From IMG/VR virus record IMGVR_UViG_2690316176_000005: a stretch of 16,659 nucleotides of DNA, one strand, 5' to 3'. Position numbers and translations under genes: made by a program. The notes beneath the pieces were generated by a model that made no database searches, was not told where the DNA came from, and worked only from the letters and a program-made list of their open reading frames with translations. This DNA is from a virus. Lineage: Duplodnaviria; Heunggongvirae; Uroviricota; Caudoviricetes. The stretch's first letter is position 1. Each line of letters starts with the position of its first letter. Below are positions 1 through 9,263 of this stretch, piece by piece.

Positions 1-405
1 ATGGATCAGGTCGTTGTTTTTCAAAAGATGTTTGAGCAAGTGAGAAAAGAGCAAAACTTCTCCTGGTTTTATTCAGAATTAAAACATCACCGTATTGCAC
101 ATTACATTTATTATCTGGCTACGGATAACATCAGAATTATTACTCACGATGATACGGTTTTGTTATTAAGAGGAACCAGGAACCTGTTAAAAGTTAGTAC
201 GACCAAGAACCCTGCTAAAATAAAAGAGGCCGCATTGCTTCATATTTGCGGAAAATCTACATTTCGGGAATACTGTTCAACACTGGCAGGTGCGGGCGTT
301 TTCCGGTGGGTTACTGATGTTAATCATAACAAACGCAGTTACTACGCCATTGATAATACGCTTTTATATATTGAAGATGTAGAAAATAATAAACCATTAA
401 TCTAG
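1..405 (+). CDS. Hypothetical protein, 134 aa; by position and length it fits the host gene next to iraM in E. coli K-12 (ycgX-like)
   Basis: Intact ATG-to-TAG ORF starting at base 1. Assignment is by synteny with iraM and the icd' scar only; I do not recognise the sequence itself. Confidence 0.4.
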   Translation: MDQVVVFQKMFEQVRKEQNFSWFYSELKHHRIAHYIYYLATDNIRIITHDDTVLLLRGTRNLLKVSTTKNPAKIKEAALLHICGKSTFREYCSTLAGAGVFRWVTDVNHNKRSYYAIDNTLLYIEDVENNKPLI

Positions 406-607
406 CTAAAGTTGGATACTTAAGAAATGCTTCATAATTCAGTAAGGCATTAGCATAATGGAAATAAAAGTGCAGAGACTATCTCTATGGATGATTAATA
501 CTGTCTTTTTATTGTCACCCATAAATAATCACCAGACTAATACTATCAACTTGATATTTGAAATGTGATCACTTGACTTTTGATACGTTATTTTATAACG
601 GTTAACA

Positions 608-663
608 TATTTATAAAAACAACGGCCGTGCCACACGTCCGTTTCAATACTTAACGCACATGT
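608..663. repeat. Degenerate second copy of the icd 3'-flank/terminator hairpin (aacggccgtgccacacgtccgtt + tcaatacttaacgcacatg)
   Basis: About 45 nt with clear similarity to 1481-1524, including a stem-loop at 621-644 with compensatory changes that preserve the stem. Confidence 0.5.
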
Positions 664-1010
664 ATTTTGGTTTAGTCATCATCCGGTTATATGTATTTTA
701 GCCAGGAACAGGTTAAATCATTCCTATATAACTCAAAAATTGAAACCTTATTCTCATGTCATGCTTATATTCATTATTATCGTTATATAAAAAGGCAACC
801 ATAATGTTTAGCAAATTGGCACAAAGTAGCATAAAGGCTATGTTTTAATTACAGGATGTTCAGTCATTTGAATGTATAACATTATAGCTAAACAAATCTA
901 AAACGAAGTCAATAATTTATTGCTTTCACAAAATCTCATTTTGTTTAACATCCATTGAGATTCCTTGCTTTAAATTTTATTTTATATAAGCCATCATTTT
1001 AATTAATTTA

Positions 1011-1027
1011 TTTTTTTGAGGGGGGGG
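1011..1027. repeat. Homopolymeric tract T7 followed by G8, about 80 bp upstream of iraM and just 5' of a TAATAT -10-like hexamer
   Basis: Directly visible: tttttttgagggggggg taatatact. Confidence 0.9.
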
Positions 1028-1104
1028 TAATATACTCATATGCAAAATCAAGAAATAAACATCCTAATGAACCATATTAAATACCGTGGGATAAGACATA
1101 ACAA

Positions 1105-1428
1105 ATGAAGTGGATAGTAATTGACACGGTAATTCAACCTACATGTGGTATATCTTTTTCAGCCATATGGGGTAATATGAAAATGATCATCTGGTATCAA
1201 TCTACTATATTTCTCCCTCCTGGCAGTATATTTACACCGGTTAAGTCTGGTATTATCCTTAAGGATAAAGAATATCCTATTACTATTTATCACATCGCAC
1301 CATTCAACAAGGATTTATGGAGTTTACTCAAAAGCAGTCAAGAGTATCCTCCAGGAGAAAGCAAAATAACAAATAAATGTTTACATAATAGTTGCATTAT
1401 AAAAATATGCCCATATGGGCTCAAGTAA
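1105..1428 (+). CDS. iraM: Anti-adaptor protein IraM (RssB inhibitor), 107 aa
   Basis: Translation [15 protein letters not shown]...ICPYGLK matches my recollection of E. coli IraM (107 aa). In K-12 iraM lies next to the icd' fragment at the e14 right end, as here. Confidence 0.6.
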   Translation: MKWIVIDTVIQPTCGISFSAIWGNMKMIIWYQSTIFLPPGSIFTPVKSGIILKDKEYPITIYHIAPFNKDLWSLLKSSQEYPPGESKITNKCLHNSCIIKICPYGLK

Positions 1429-1471
1429 TGGGCTTCATATAAATATGCTCGATATGCTATTAATAATATCC

Positions 1472-1507
1472 ACATAAATAAAACAACGGGCGTGTTATAC
1501 GCCCGTT
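1472..1507 (-). terminator. Rho-independent terminator of icd (probably bidirectional, so it may also terminate iraM)
   Basis: On the minus strand: stem AACGGGCG / CGCCCGTT with a 7-nt loop (1484-1507), followed by GTTTTATTTATG. It lies about 25 nt downstream of the icd' stop codon. Confidence 0.6.
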
Positions 1508-1533
1508 TCAATATTTAACACATGGAGAGATTA

Positions 1534-1692
1534 CATGTTTTCGATGATCGCTTCACCAAACTCTGAACATTTCAGCAGCTTAGCGCCTTCCATCAGACGT
1601 TCGAAGTCATAAGTTACGGTCTTGGCATTGATTGCGCCTTCCATACCTTTAACAATCAGGTCAGCCGCTTCAGTCCAACCCATATGGCGCAG
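1534..1692 (-). pseudogene. icd: Duplicated 3' fragment of isocitrate dehydrogenase gene icd (53 C-terminal codons plus stop); prophage attachment-site scar (attR side)
   Basis: Minus-strand translation [54 protein letters not shown] matches the Icd C-terminus. No icd sequence lies upstream of it; the adjoining DNA is AT-rich and non-coding. Confidence 0.9.
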
Positions 1693-2395
1693 CAGTATAT
1701 AAAAACCATGAATTCAAGTCATTGATATTTAACGATAAAAATTATTTTATTGTCTTTTTATTAGCCAAAATAAACTTTATTCAACCGTTTGATTTCATTG
1801 ACGTTCGTTTTTATTTTGGGGAAAGGTTTTCTCTACCATTTATATCCAAATTACAAGTCTACATTTTATTAACATCTCAATACATGTGAGGCCTTGCAGA
1901 CCTTTGTGAGACCTTATGTGTCTCTGTTTTGTCCCAACTTATGTTAAGAGGCACATAATTAAAAATAAGATAACGATGCCGCCAAGCAGTGCAAAACCTT
2001 GTTTACTCCACGACTGTCTGCCCCATTATCTGCATACATAATTATCCTCCATAACTGAGATAAATGTCGGTTATGAGCGAACAACAGACGTTTAGTTTAT
2101 GATGGCTGTGTCTATACATTAAACATAACATCCATTACCGGCACCGCTTATTAATTGCTATCTGATATTGTCACTAAAAAAATAGGCATTCCCCGATATA
2201 ATAATCACAAAGAAGCTTTTGGTGCTGGCAATCGGTATACCTCATAGTGGACTGCGACTTTCCGGGCACGACAAGGATATATCAATGTATGAGCAGGAAA
2301 ATTAGACCGTGGTGCGTCATATGATGACTAAGCACGGATAACAGCTACTTAATTGAAACTATTGATTATATTACAGCCAGTGCCTTATAGGATGG

Positions 2396-3517
2396 TTAGT
2401 CATCAACCGCGACTCCTGCACAATCATGGGCTATTGCCAGCAATTGTTTTTTAATTGCTTTAGCATCTACCGTCATATCTACTGTAGCAAAATGGATCTT
2501 ATGTCCCTGAGTGACAACATACTCATTAAGCATATAGCCAACAGCTGGATGAAGTAGAAGACCAGCGGCATTGAGCGAAAGCGGATCCGTCTTGTTCTCC
2601 TGTGTTCTAAGGTAGGTATATAGCTGATAAATATAGCCATTACGTAGTGATTGCTCCCGATGCCAACCCTTTGTCAGAATCGAATTAAATTTGGTATCGA
2701 TAATAATACGCCGCTGGGCAGTCTTGTGTTCCAGAATAATGTCTGACTTCATTGTCGGGAAAATCTCTGCACTACCTGCACTTTGATCGCTCAACGCCCA
2801 TTTCAGCTCTTTCCCTGCAGAGACCTGCCAAGTTGTTTTGGCAAGGTGTACACGATATAAGCCAGCGATACCTTTTTCAAATAGTCTTCTCATCCAGTAA
2901 AGGTTATTTGAGGGCGCAGGTAAAAGATATTGGCCTTGATCTTCGGTCGGCATCAGCAGTTCAAAAGCTAATCGTGCGGCATCGACCATCGGTTTATCTG
3001 CGGCATCATGGCGTCCAAAACGCCACACTGAGGGTAATTCGCGGGGGGCAGGATATCCTCCATTTATCCCCTCACGGCGAAGTGATATTGCCATAAAATG
3101 GCAATCTGCCGCCAAAGACGGTTTCACTATGATTGAGGCCAGACGTTCTAACGCACAGCGAACATAGCGATTTCGGGGGGTGTTGAGGGTTATGTCTTGA
3201 AAATGGCAGGCAACCTGTCCCCGTTCCAGCAGTTGATGACTGGCAGTATACAGTATGTCAATGCGCCCTCTCACCCGGTTCAGGGCCGCATGACAAGTTT
3301 GGTATCCCATATTTAAATTGCGACGTCGGCGCAGCGTAATCTCATGAAGGAGGATTGTCGCCACCAGGTCGGGGATTTCTGCTGGGTTATCTTCTACTGC
3401 GATCTGATTGCGCCCTAACTGGCGAAACAGATCTGAAGCGTACAGCATCAGCATCCAGATATTTCGCATGGGAATACGTGATGCTGTATGTTGCTCACTC
3501 CCGGTTATTGTCGTCAT
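2396..3517 (-). CDS. mcrC: McrC-family type IV restriction endonuclease subunit (PD-(D/E)xK nuclease), 373 aa
   Basis: N-terminal IPMRNIWMLMLYASDLF resembles McrC IPVRNIYYMLTYAWGYL. The C-terminal IIIDTKFNS...LRNGYIYQLYTYL resembles the McrC catalytic region IVDAKYYKS...QNLYQLMNYL. The ATG overlaps the upstream gene's stop (ATGA), indicating translational coupling. Confidence 0.8.
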   Translation of the reverse strand: MTTITGSEQHTASRIPMRNIWMLMLYASDLFRQLGRNQIAVEDNPAEIPDLVATILLHEITLRRRRNLNMGYQTCHAALNRVRGRIDILYTASHQLLERGQVACHFQDITLNTPRNRYVRCALERLASIIVKPSLAADCHFMAISLRREGINGGYPAPRELPSVWRFGRHDAADKPMVDAARLAFELLMPTEDQGQYLLPAPSNNLYWMRRLFEKGIAGLYRVHLAKTTWQVSAGKELKWALSDQSAGSAEIFPTMKSDIILEHKTAQRRIIIDTKFNSILTKGWHREQSLRNGYIYQLYTYLRTQENKTDPLSLNAAGLLLHPAVGYMLNEYVVTQGHKIHFATVDMTVDAKAIKKQLLAIAHDCAGVAVDD

Positions 3518-5496
3518 TTTGCTAATAACACTTTTCTGGCTTCATCGACTTTATTTGGAGCATCGAACCAATATTCGGCGAGCAAAGGGCAGATCTCTGT
3601 ATCAACGACTTGTTCATACCAAGCCTGGGCATCGTTGATTTTTTGGCCGATAGCTGGGGTGACATAGCTGTGACCGATACAAAACTGTGGTCCTAAGGTA
3701 ACATCTTTTGCCAGCATATCGTTTAATACCGTCAGTCGAGATTTGATGAATGCTAACATGTCAAAATCAATTGCGTAATTATAATTTACCCAGTTTCTCC
3801 ACGCGTCATTAAAAGCTGGCTTTAGATCGATAAACGCGAAACGACGGCGCAGCGCTAGGTCAAGTAGTGCGAGTGAGCGGTCTGCAATATTCATCGTACC
3901 GATGATATATAGATTCTCAGGAATGTATATTTTTTCATCAGCATTTTTAGGATAGGAAAGAGATAATGCCTCAGTCGGCGTGCGTTTATCTGCTTCCATC
4001 AACGTGAGTGTTTCACCGAAGATTTGCGCCGGATTGCCACGATTAATCTCTTCAATTATCACCACATATTTCGAGGTAGGATTATTGACTGCAGTTTTGA
4101 TTGCATTTACAAAAGGTCCATCAATTAGCGTCAATTGCCCTTCTTTACCTGGACGCCAGCCTCGAATAAAGTCTTCGTAAGAGAGGTTCGGGTGAAATTG
4201 CACCGCGCTAATACGCTCAGGTGCTTTTTCTCCCATCAAGCAGTACGCCAGACGTCGCGCTAACCAAGTTTTTCCAGTTCCGGGTGGTCCTTGTAATATC
4301 AGGTTTTTCTTGTCGATCAGGCGCTGAAGTGTGAGTTGGATCTTAGCCTCTTCCAAGAAACAGCCATCCTGCACCAGATGACTGATGTCATAAGGAACGT
4401 GGGTGAGTTTTGGCAACAGCGCACTCTCTTCGACAGTTTCCTCAGTTATCGTCTGGGATTCGTTTTTCTCAAAATTCAGGTATTCATAATTTCCGGACTC
4501 GAGGGACTTTAACTCATCATCATTGCATAGTTTCTGTAGATAAAAGTAGATTGAGCTTGTAACAGTTTTGCTCTCAGGATGCTCTACCTTGAATACGTCC
4601 AAGTAGTTTTCTTCCAACTCCGAAGCAGTGAAATAAGGGCCATTTTTTTTCAGGCATAACGCCTTAATTTTATTCAGTAAAGAGGCTTTCCACGTTCTAT
4701 TTGCCACCTCATCTTTAGACTGGCTAAGATCTGTATTCCACGCTGATAAGGAAAGTTCTGGGAAAGAATGAACCGGATAGTTTGGTTGGGTAAAGACCTC
4801 GTTCAGCGCCCGCATAAGACTCAGGTAACTTTGTCCACTACAGCGACCTTTTGCCCCGTTTTTAATGATCTTAATGTTTAACACTGTCTGAATGTAATAC
4901 TGCGACTGGCTATCTAAAGTGGGGTAGAACCAAGGACGGGTCCAGTACAACCCCATGGTGAGATTCCAACCGACATTCATTACTGTAGAAGCGATGTCAT
5001 ATGCGGCAGTGAAGTCTGCAGAGTTAGTATTCTGGTTATCCGCAAAGATCATTGCCTGTGAGAACATTTCCCACAAGCATTCAATGTCATTAGGGTCGCG
5101 TGACTTTTCATAACCAAAGAACCAAGATTTTTGGTTATTCAACAGAGGGATTCCGGCAAAGGAGTCAGGAATCGGTTCGTTCACGCCCAACAAATTCGCT
5201 AGCTTGGCAGCAATAATTTTGCGATTGCTGTCGGTCAAGTTACGATTGAACAAGCCCATAGTAGTAAACGGACAAATGTCTTTTAAGGGAAAGATCTCTC
5301 CCATAATAGATTTGTCCTGCAGATGGGACATTCCTTCCACACCCGAGGCAATTAGATGAATACCTTTGACTAATTCATCTCTACGATTTCGCCAAGTCAG
5401 TAACGCGTTGGCAAAAGCCTCATAAAAACTAGCCCAAGCAAACTTGCCATCATGTTCTGCTGTATCCACGGGAACTCCATTATACTTGTTGAGCAA
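3514..5496 (-). CDS. mcrB: McrB-family AAA+ GTPase with a long (~365 aa) non-canonical N-terminal domain, 660 aa
   Basis: Walker A LILQGPPGTGKTW. The VVIIEEINRGNPAQIFGE and IIGTMNIADRSLALLDLALRRRFAFIDL motifs are almost the same as McrB MIIDEINRANLSKVFGE and MNTADRSLAVVDYALRRRFSF, including the NxxD GTP-specificity motif. The N-terminal region has no similarity I recognise to the McrB 5mC-binding domain. The called start is TTG at 5494-5496; an in-frame GTG at 5467-5469 with a GGAG 5 nt upstream is an alternative. Confidence 0.85.
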   Translation of the reverse strand: MLNKYNGVPVDTAEHDGKFAWASFYEAFANALLTWRNRRDELVKGIHLIASGVEGMSHLQDKSIMGEIFPLKDICPFTTMGLFNRNLTDSNRKIIAAKLANLLGVNEPIPDSFAGIPLLNNQKSWFFGYEKSRDPNDIECLWEMFSQAMIFADNQNTNSADFTAAYDIASTVMNVGWNLTMGLYWTRPWFYPTLDSQSQYYIQTVLNIKIIKNGAKGRCSGQSYLSLMRALNEVFTQPNYPVHSFPELSLSAWNTDLSQSKDEVANRTWKASLLNKIKALCLKKNGPYFTASELEENYLDVFKVEHPESKTVTSSIYFYLQKLCNDDELKSLESGNYEYLNFEKNESQTITEETVEESALLPKLTHVPYDISHLVQDGCFLEEAKIQLTLQRLIDKKNLILQGPPGTGKTWLARRLAYCLMGEKAPERISAVQFHPNLSYEDFIRGWRPGKEGQLTLIDGPFVNAIKTAVNNPTSKYVVIIEEINRGNPAQIFGETLTLMEADKRTPTEALSLSYPKNADEKIYIPENLYIIGTMNIADRSLALLDLALRRRFAFIDLKPAFNDAWRNWVNYNYAIDFDMLAFIKSRLTVLNDMLAKDVTLGPQFCIGHSYVTPAIGQKINDAQAWYEQVVDTEICPLLAEYWFDAPNKVDEARKVLLAK

Positions 5497-5829
5497 TGAT
5501 AATTTATCTGTGTGAGTTTTAACATATTACTATCAGTTATAGAAAAATTTAACTATCCGATACAGAGAGCGGAATGCTGAATTTGACCTGACTTGCTTCC
5601 AACCAATTAAAATCAACTTATTTATCAATTGGTTATTTTGGCACATGGCGGTCATCAAGGCAATATCGCGTTGTCATAAGGTGTCGAGGCTCGGAGGTTC
5701 AAATCCTCTCATACAAAAAATAAATAAAATTAATGACGGTTGGAAATTATTCAATACACTCTCGAAAGTACATCAGCCAACCGCAGCACGTTATTGCATA
5801 TAACGTTTCTGCGGCATATCACAAAACTA
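5497..5829 (-). promoter_or_regulatory. AT-rich intergenic region between tfa and the mcrB-like gene; presumed promoter of the mcrBC-like operon
   Basis: A 333-bp non-coding AT-rich gap upstream of a two-gene operon. No specific -35/-10 assigned. It also contains a tRNA T-arm-like motif (see findings). Confidence 0.3.
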
Positions 5830-6414
5830 TTATTCCATAACAGGGATTGCAGGCCACTCAATATCAGGTGCAGTTGATGTATCAACACGATTCAGCAACA
5901 CCCGATACTTCTTCCAGGCTTCAAGCAACGAGGTTTCTTCCTCCGTTGCGATTTCCAGATCTGCAGCATCCTGAAGCGGGGCAATATGCTCACTGGCTAC
6001 CTGCATCAGGCTGTTTTTTGTTTCTTCCGCCTCCCGGATCCGGAACAGTTTTTCTGCTTCCGTATCCTTCACCCAGGCTGTGCCGTTCCACTTCTGAAAC
6101 TCCCCTTCCGGGGATAACCAGGTGATATTTTCCGGTAGAGGTCCGAGTTCAGAAATAAATAACGAGTCGCCGGAAGCCACGTCATAGACGGTTTTTCCCC
6201 GATGATCTTCAACGAGATGCCACGATGCCTCATCACTGTTGAAAACAGCCACGAAGCCTACCGGAATATCTGGCGGTGCAATATAGGTACTGTTTGCTGG
6301 CAGACCTGTATGAGGCGGAATATATGCGTCACCTTCACCAATAAATTCATTAGTTCCGGCCAGCAGATTATAAATTTTTATGGTCCGTGGTTGTTCACTC
6401 ATTCTGAATGCCAT
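5830..6414 (-). CDS. tfa: Tail fibre assembly protein (lambda Tfa / TfaE family), 194 aa
   Basis: [51 protein letters not shown]... is the conserved Tfa N-terminus of E. coli lambdoid prophages. Its ATG overlaps the stf stop (TAATG). Confidence 0.85.
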   Translation of the reverse strand: MAFRMSEQPRTIKIYNLLAGTNEFIGEGDAYIPPHTGLPANSTYIAPPDIPVGFVAVFNSDEASWHLVEDHRGKTVYDVASGDSLFISELGPLPENITWLSPEGEFQKWNGTAWVKDTEAEKLFRIREAEETKNSLMQVASEHIAPLQDAADLEIATEEETSLLEAWKKYRVLLNRVDTSTAPDIEWPAIPVME

Positions 6415-9263
6415 TATGCAAGCCTCACAATGTAGTTAAATGCGATGTTTTTGACGGTGTTTTCCGCGTTACCAGCAGCGTTAACGGTGATGGTGTGTCC
6501 ATGTGAGCCAATCGCAACGGAGTGCGTATGAGCACCAATACCGACAGTATGTGCATGTGCGCCTGCGCTTGCAGCAGTGCCGGACAGCGAGTGGGTATGA
6601 GCACCATCTGATGATGTCTTCCCTGCATTACGAGTCTGGCCACTACCGCTTGTTGTGCTCATAATCCCCGCGCTTAGATTTGAAATCGCGGTATAACCAT
6701 TAGGGAAAATGCTCGTGTTCGTGCCACCAAATGCACCGGAACTCTTGTGTTGGTGCGCACCGGCACTATTTGCGGTCCCGCTAATACTATGGGTATGCGC
6801 CCCGGTGTTATTCGTGGATTTGGTTCCGTAATCAAACGACGATGTGGTTTTCGTCCCCAAATCCGTACTGGATGCGCTGGCGCTGTGGGTGTGCGATTTA
6901 ATGCCGTCCTGTTCCTGAGACAATACGGCCCGACCACTGGCAGGTTTGCCCTTAATCGTCCAGCCACGCATATCAGGGATCACGCCTGACGGATAAGCGG
7001 CTGCAAGTTTCGGGTAAGCAGATTTGTCAAAAGTCTGCCCCTGCATCAGGGCATAACCAGACGGAACGGTATCTGATGGCCACGGGATTGGTGCGCCGAC
7101 TGGGTAGCTTTCTGGTGGAAGATTTTTCGAGGTATAAACTTCTGCCCAGCCTTCCTCAAAACCATAACCGTCTCTTGAAGAACGGTAGAACAGACCACCA
7201 TTTCTGTAATGCGCCTTCATCTGCAGGGTCCGGCAACTTCCGACTCCGGTATAGAAGTTAACCAGAATATAGCTGTCGCCAGAGCGGGTGACATTGTAAG
7301 CGCCTGATTCGGCATTCCAGGGAACGCCACCATCCGCATCGGCATATGTATCCGTTGCCCTTCTGGCAAAAGCAGCCACATGCGCGGCGGTTAAAGTAAT
7401 ATCTTTGGAACCATCAAATGGAACACCGGATATTTTTCTTGCAGTCTGGAGTTTTGTAGCAGTTGCAGCATTACCAGTGGTGTTCTGATTACCCGTAGTG
7501 TTTACACCTGGAAGGTTAATATTTGCAGAACCGTCGAAAACAACTCCACCGATAGATCTTGCCGTCTGCAATTTCGTGGCTGTACTTGCATTACCATTCA
7601 ATGAACCAGTTAATCCACCTGTAACAGACAACGGACCTGAAACTGTTCCTCCGGTTGTTGGCAGTGCTCCAATATCTGATGGTGTAGGTTTCTGATGTGA
7701 GCTATACATCGTATAAACAACACCATAGGTAACGCTGGAAGGCTTACTCGCTGAATATGTTGGCGAGGTATAAACAGAAACTGACGCATTTGCAGTACAA
7801 TCCCAATGGATATTTACACTCGTCGCATAATTGCCAATCTCAACGTAAATATCATATGTATCGCCGGATGTGTTGATCCAGGCGAAATTCGTTAATCCGA
7901 CGGCTGTACGCTTCCACAAAGCCCCGGTAATTCCTTTGGGGTTTCCATTGCCTGCTCGTAGAACCAGTTCTGAAATGCCTGCCTGATGTGGGGAACCGAC
8001 GTTGTAACCAGCGCCACCAATCAATGCGATGTAAACGATGGAACTCGCTTGTGGCATGGTAACCGTAGCCAGTTTGAACCACCCAGCCCCGCCAGAGAAA
8101 GACATCGTTACTGAATTTAAAGTACCAATATCTTTCGGCGTTAATGTTATATCCGCAGTCAGTGCTTTTCCGTTAACTTTTCGGTTAGATGGCACCCTGC
8201 TATTCGCATTGTCATTGGCTGCTTTAACTGCTTTTGGCGTTGCGGCCAGCGATTCACTGGTGCTATCAACAGCACTGCTAAGTTTCACAACACCTTTAGT
8301 TGTAAGGCTTGCGTCTTCCATCGCAACTGCACCGGCAATCTCTTCAGCACGATCAGCAGCAGCTTCCGCACGGGTCGCAGCGGATTCAGCAGTAGTTTTG
8401 CTCTGAGATGCCGCCGTCGCACTGCCAGCTGCCTCTGTCGCCTTCGTGGATGCTGTCGTGGCGCTGCCTTTCGCTGCTGATGCCTGTCTGCTCGCCTCAT
8501 CTTTTGAAGCAGACGCAGATGATGCCGATGACGCCGCCGAACTGGCGGACGATGCAGCTGCCATTTTTGAGGATTCTGCACTGGTTTCCGAGGCTTTCGC
8601 GTTCGTTTCGGATGTCTTCGCTGCGGATGCAGACCTCGCTGCTGCGCTGGCCTGTTCAGCGGCTTCGCCAGCCTTCGTTGTGGCTGTTGAAGCAGACGAT
8701 GCGGCGCTTTCTGCCGATTTTCCGGCGGCGGTGGCACTGGCTGAGGCCTGCCCGGCACTTGTTGACGCGGCACTGGCAGACGACGCAGCCGCTGTTTTTG
8801 AGCCTGCCGCAGCCGAGGCGCTCTGTCCCGCTGCCGTTTCAGAAGACCTGGCGTTTGTCTCAGACGTCTTTGCCGCCTTCGCGGAATTGCCTGCCGCCGT
8901 TGCCGAGGAAGCGGCACTACTGGCGCTTGATGATGCGTTCGTTTCTGATGATTTCGCTGCCTCTTTTGAGGCCGCCGCATCCCGGGCTGAGGTGGCTGCT
9001 TCTGACGCCTTCGTGGTCGCGGCGGATGCAGAAGTGGCTGCTGATTGTTGTGACGCTGCCGCATTCGTTTCTGACGTTTTCGCCGCACCGGCACTGGTAG
9101 CTGCCGCGCTTTTTGAGGACTCTGCAGCAGCACTTTTTGCTGCTTCACGGGCCTTTGTCGATGCCGTTCCTGCGCTGGAAGACGCTGACTGAGCCGACGA
9201 CGCGGCCTGTCCGGCTGACGTGCTGGCGGCACGTGCTGAGCCTGCAGCATCGGTTATTACCAC
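6414..9263 (-). CDS. stf: Side tail fibre protein (lambda Stf family), 5'-truncated, 949 codons in frame
   Basis: Ala/Ser/Thr-rich repeats (AAKTSETNA...), the conserved [20 protein letters not shown] segment, and a C-terminus ([46 protein letters not shown]...[49 protein letters not shown]) that matches lambda Stf. The roughly 130 N-terminal residues of lambda Stf are absent; the ORF-track start is a GTG immediately after an in-frame stop. Confidence 0.85.
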   Translation of the reverse strand: MVITDAAGSARAASTSAGQAASSAQSASSSAGTASTKAREAAKSAAAESSKSAAATSAGAAKTSETNAAASQQSAATSASAATTKASEAATSARDAAASKEAAKSSETNASSSASSAASSATAAGNSAKAAKTSETNARSSETAAGQSASAAAGSKTAAASSASAASTSAGQASASATAAGKSAESAASSASTATTKAGEAAEQASAAARSASAAKTSETNAKASETSAESSKMAAASSASSAASSASSASASKDEASRQASAAKGSATTASTKATEAAGSATAASQSKTTAESAATRAEAAADRAEEIAGAVAMEDASLTTKGVVKLSSAVDSTSESLAATPKAVKAANDNANSRVPSNRKVNGKALTADITLTPKDIGTLNSVTMSFSGGAGWFKLATVTMPQASSIVYIALIGGAGYNVGSPHQAGISELVLRAGNGNPKGITGALWKRTAVGLTNFAWINTSGDTYDIYVEIGNYATSVNIHWDCTANASVSVYTSPTYSASKPSSVTYGVVYTMYSSHQKPTPSDIGALPTTGGTVSGPLSVTGGLTGSLNGNASTATKLQTARSIGGVVFDGSANINLPGVNTTGNQNTTGNAATATKLQTARKISGVPFDGSKDITLTAAHVAAFARRATDTYADADGGVPWNAESGAYNVTRSGDSYILVNFYTGVGSCRTLQMKAHYRNGGLFYRSSRDGYGFEEGWAEVYTSKNLPPESYPVGAPIPWPSDTVPSGYALMQGQTFDKSAYPKLAAAYPSGVIPDMRGWTIKGKPASGRAVLSQEQDGIKSHTHSASASSTDLGTKTTSSFDYGTKSTNNTGAHTHSISGTANSAGAHQHKSSGAFGGTNTSIFPNGYTAISNLSAGIMSTTSGSGQTRNAGKTSSDGAHTHSLSGTAASAGAHAHTVGIGAHTHSVAIGSHGHTITVNAAGNAENTVKNIAFNYIVRLA

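Noticed and set aside
2752-4180. Plus-strand ORFs 2752..3096, 3408..3638 and 3980..4180
   Set aside because: They are antisense to the mcrC-like and mcrB-like genes, have no homology or RBS support, and one spans the mcrB/mcrC junction.
5640-5720. A complete tRNA gene around the T-arm-like motif
   Set aside because: I could not find a 5' acceptor strand complementary to the 3' tail or a convincing anticodon arm, and CCA is absent. It is kept only as a low-interest att-remnant hypothesis.
5847-7695. Short ORFs on both strands inside tfa and stf (5847..6125, 6202..6435, 6425..6643, 6674..6967, 6747..6989, 7076..7261, 7498..7695, 7852..8082)
   Set aside because: They overlap well-supported tfa/stf coding sequence in other frames and show no recognisable features.
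8285-9250. Long alternative-frame ORFs (8285..9250 -, 8408..9100 +, 8446..9192 +, 8038..8406 +) with Arg/Pro/Gln-rich or Ala/Asp-rich translations
   Set aside because: They lie entirely within the GC-rich repetitive Ala/Ser/Thr-coding part of stf. Open frames on both strands are expected for this composition, and the stf frame is the only one with recognisable homology.
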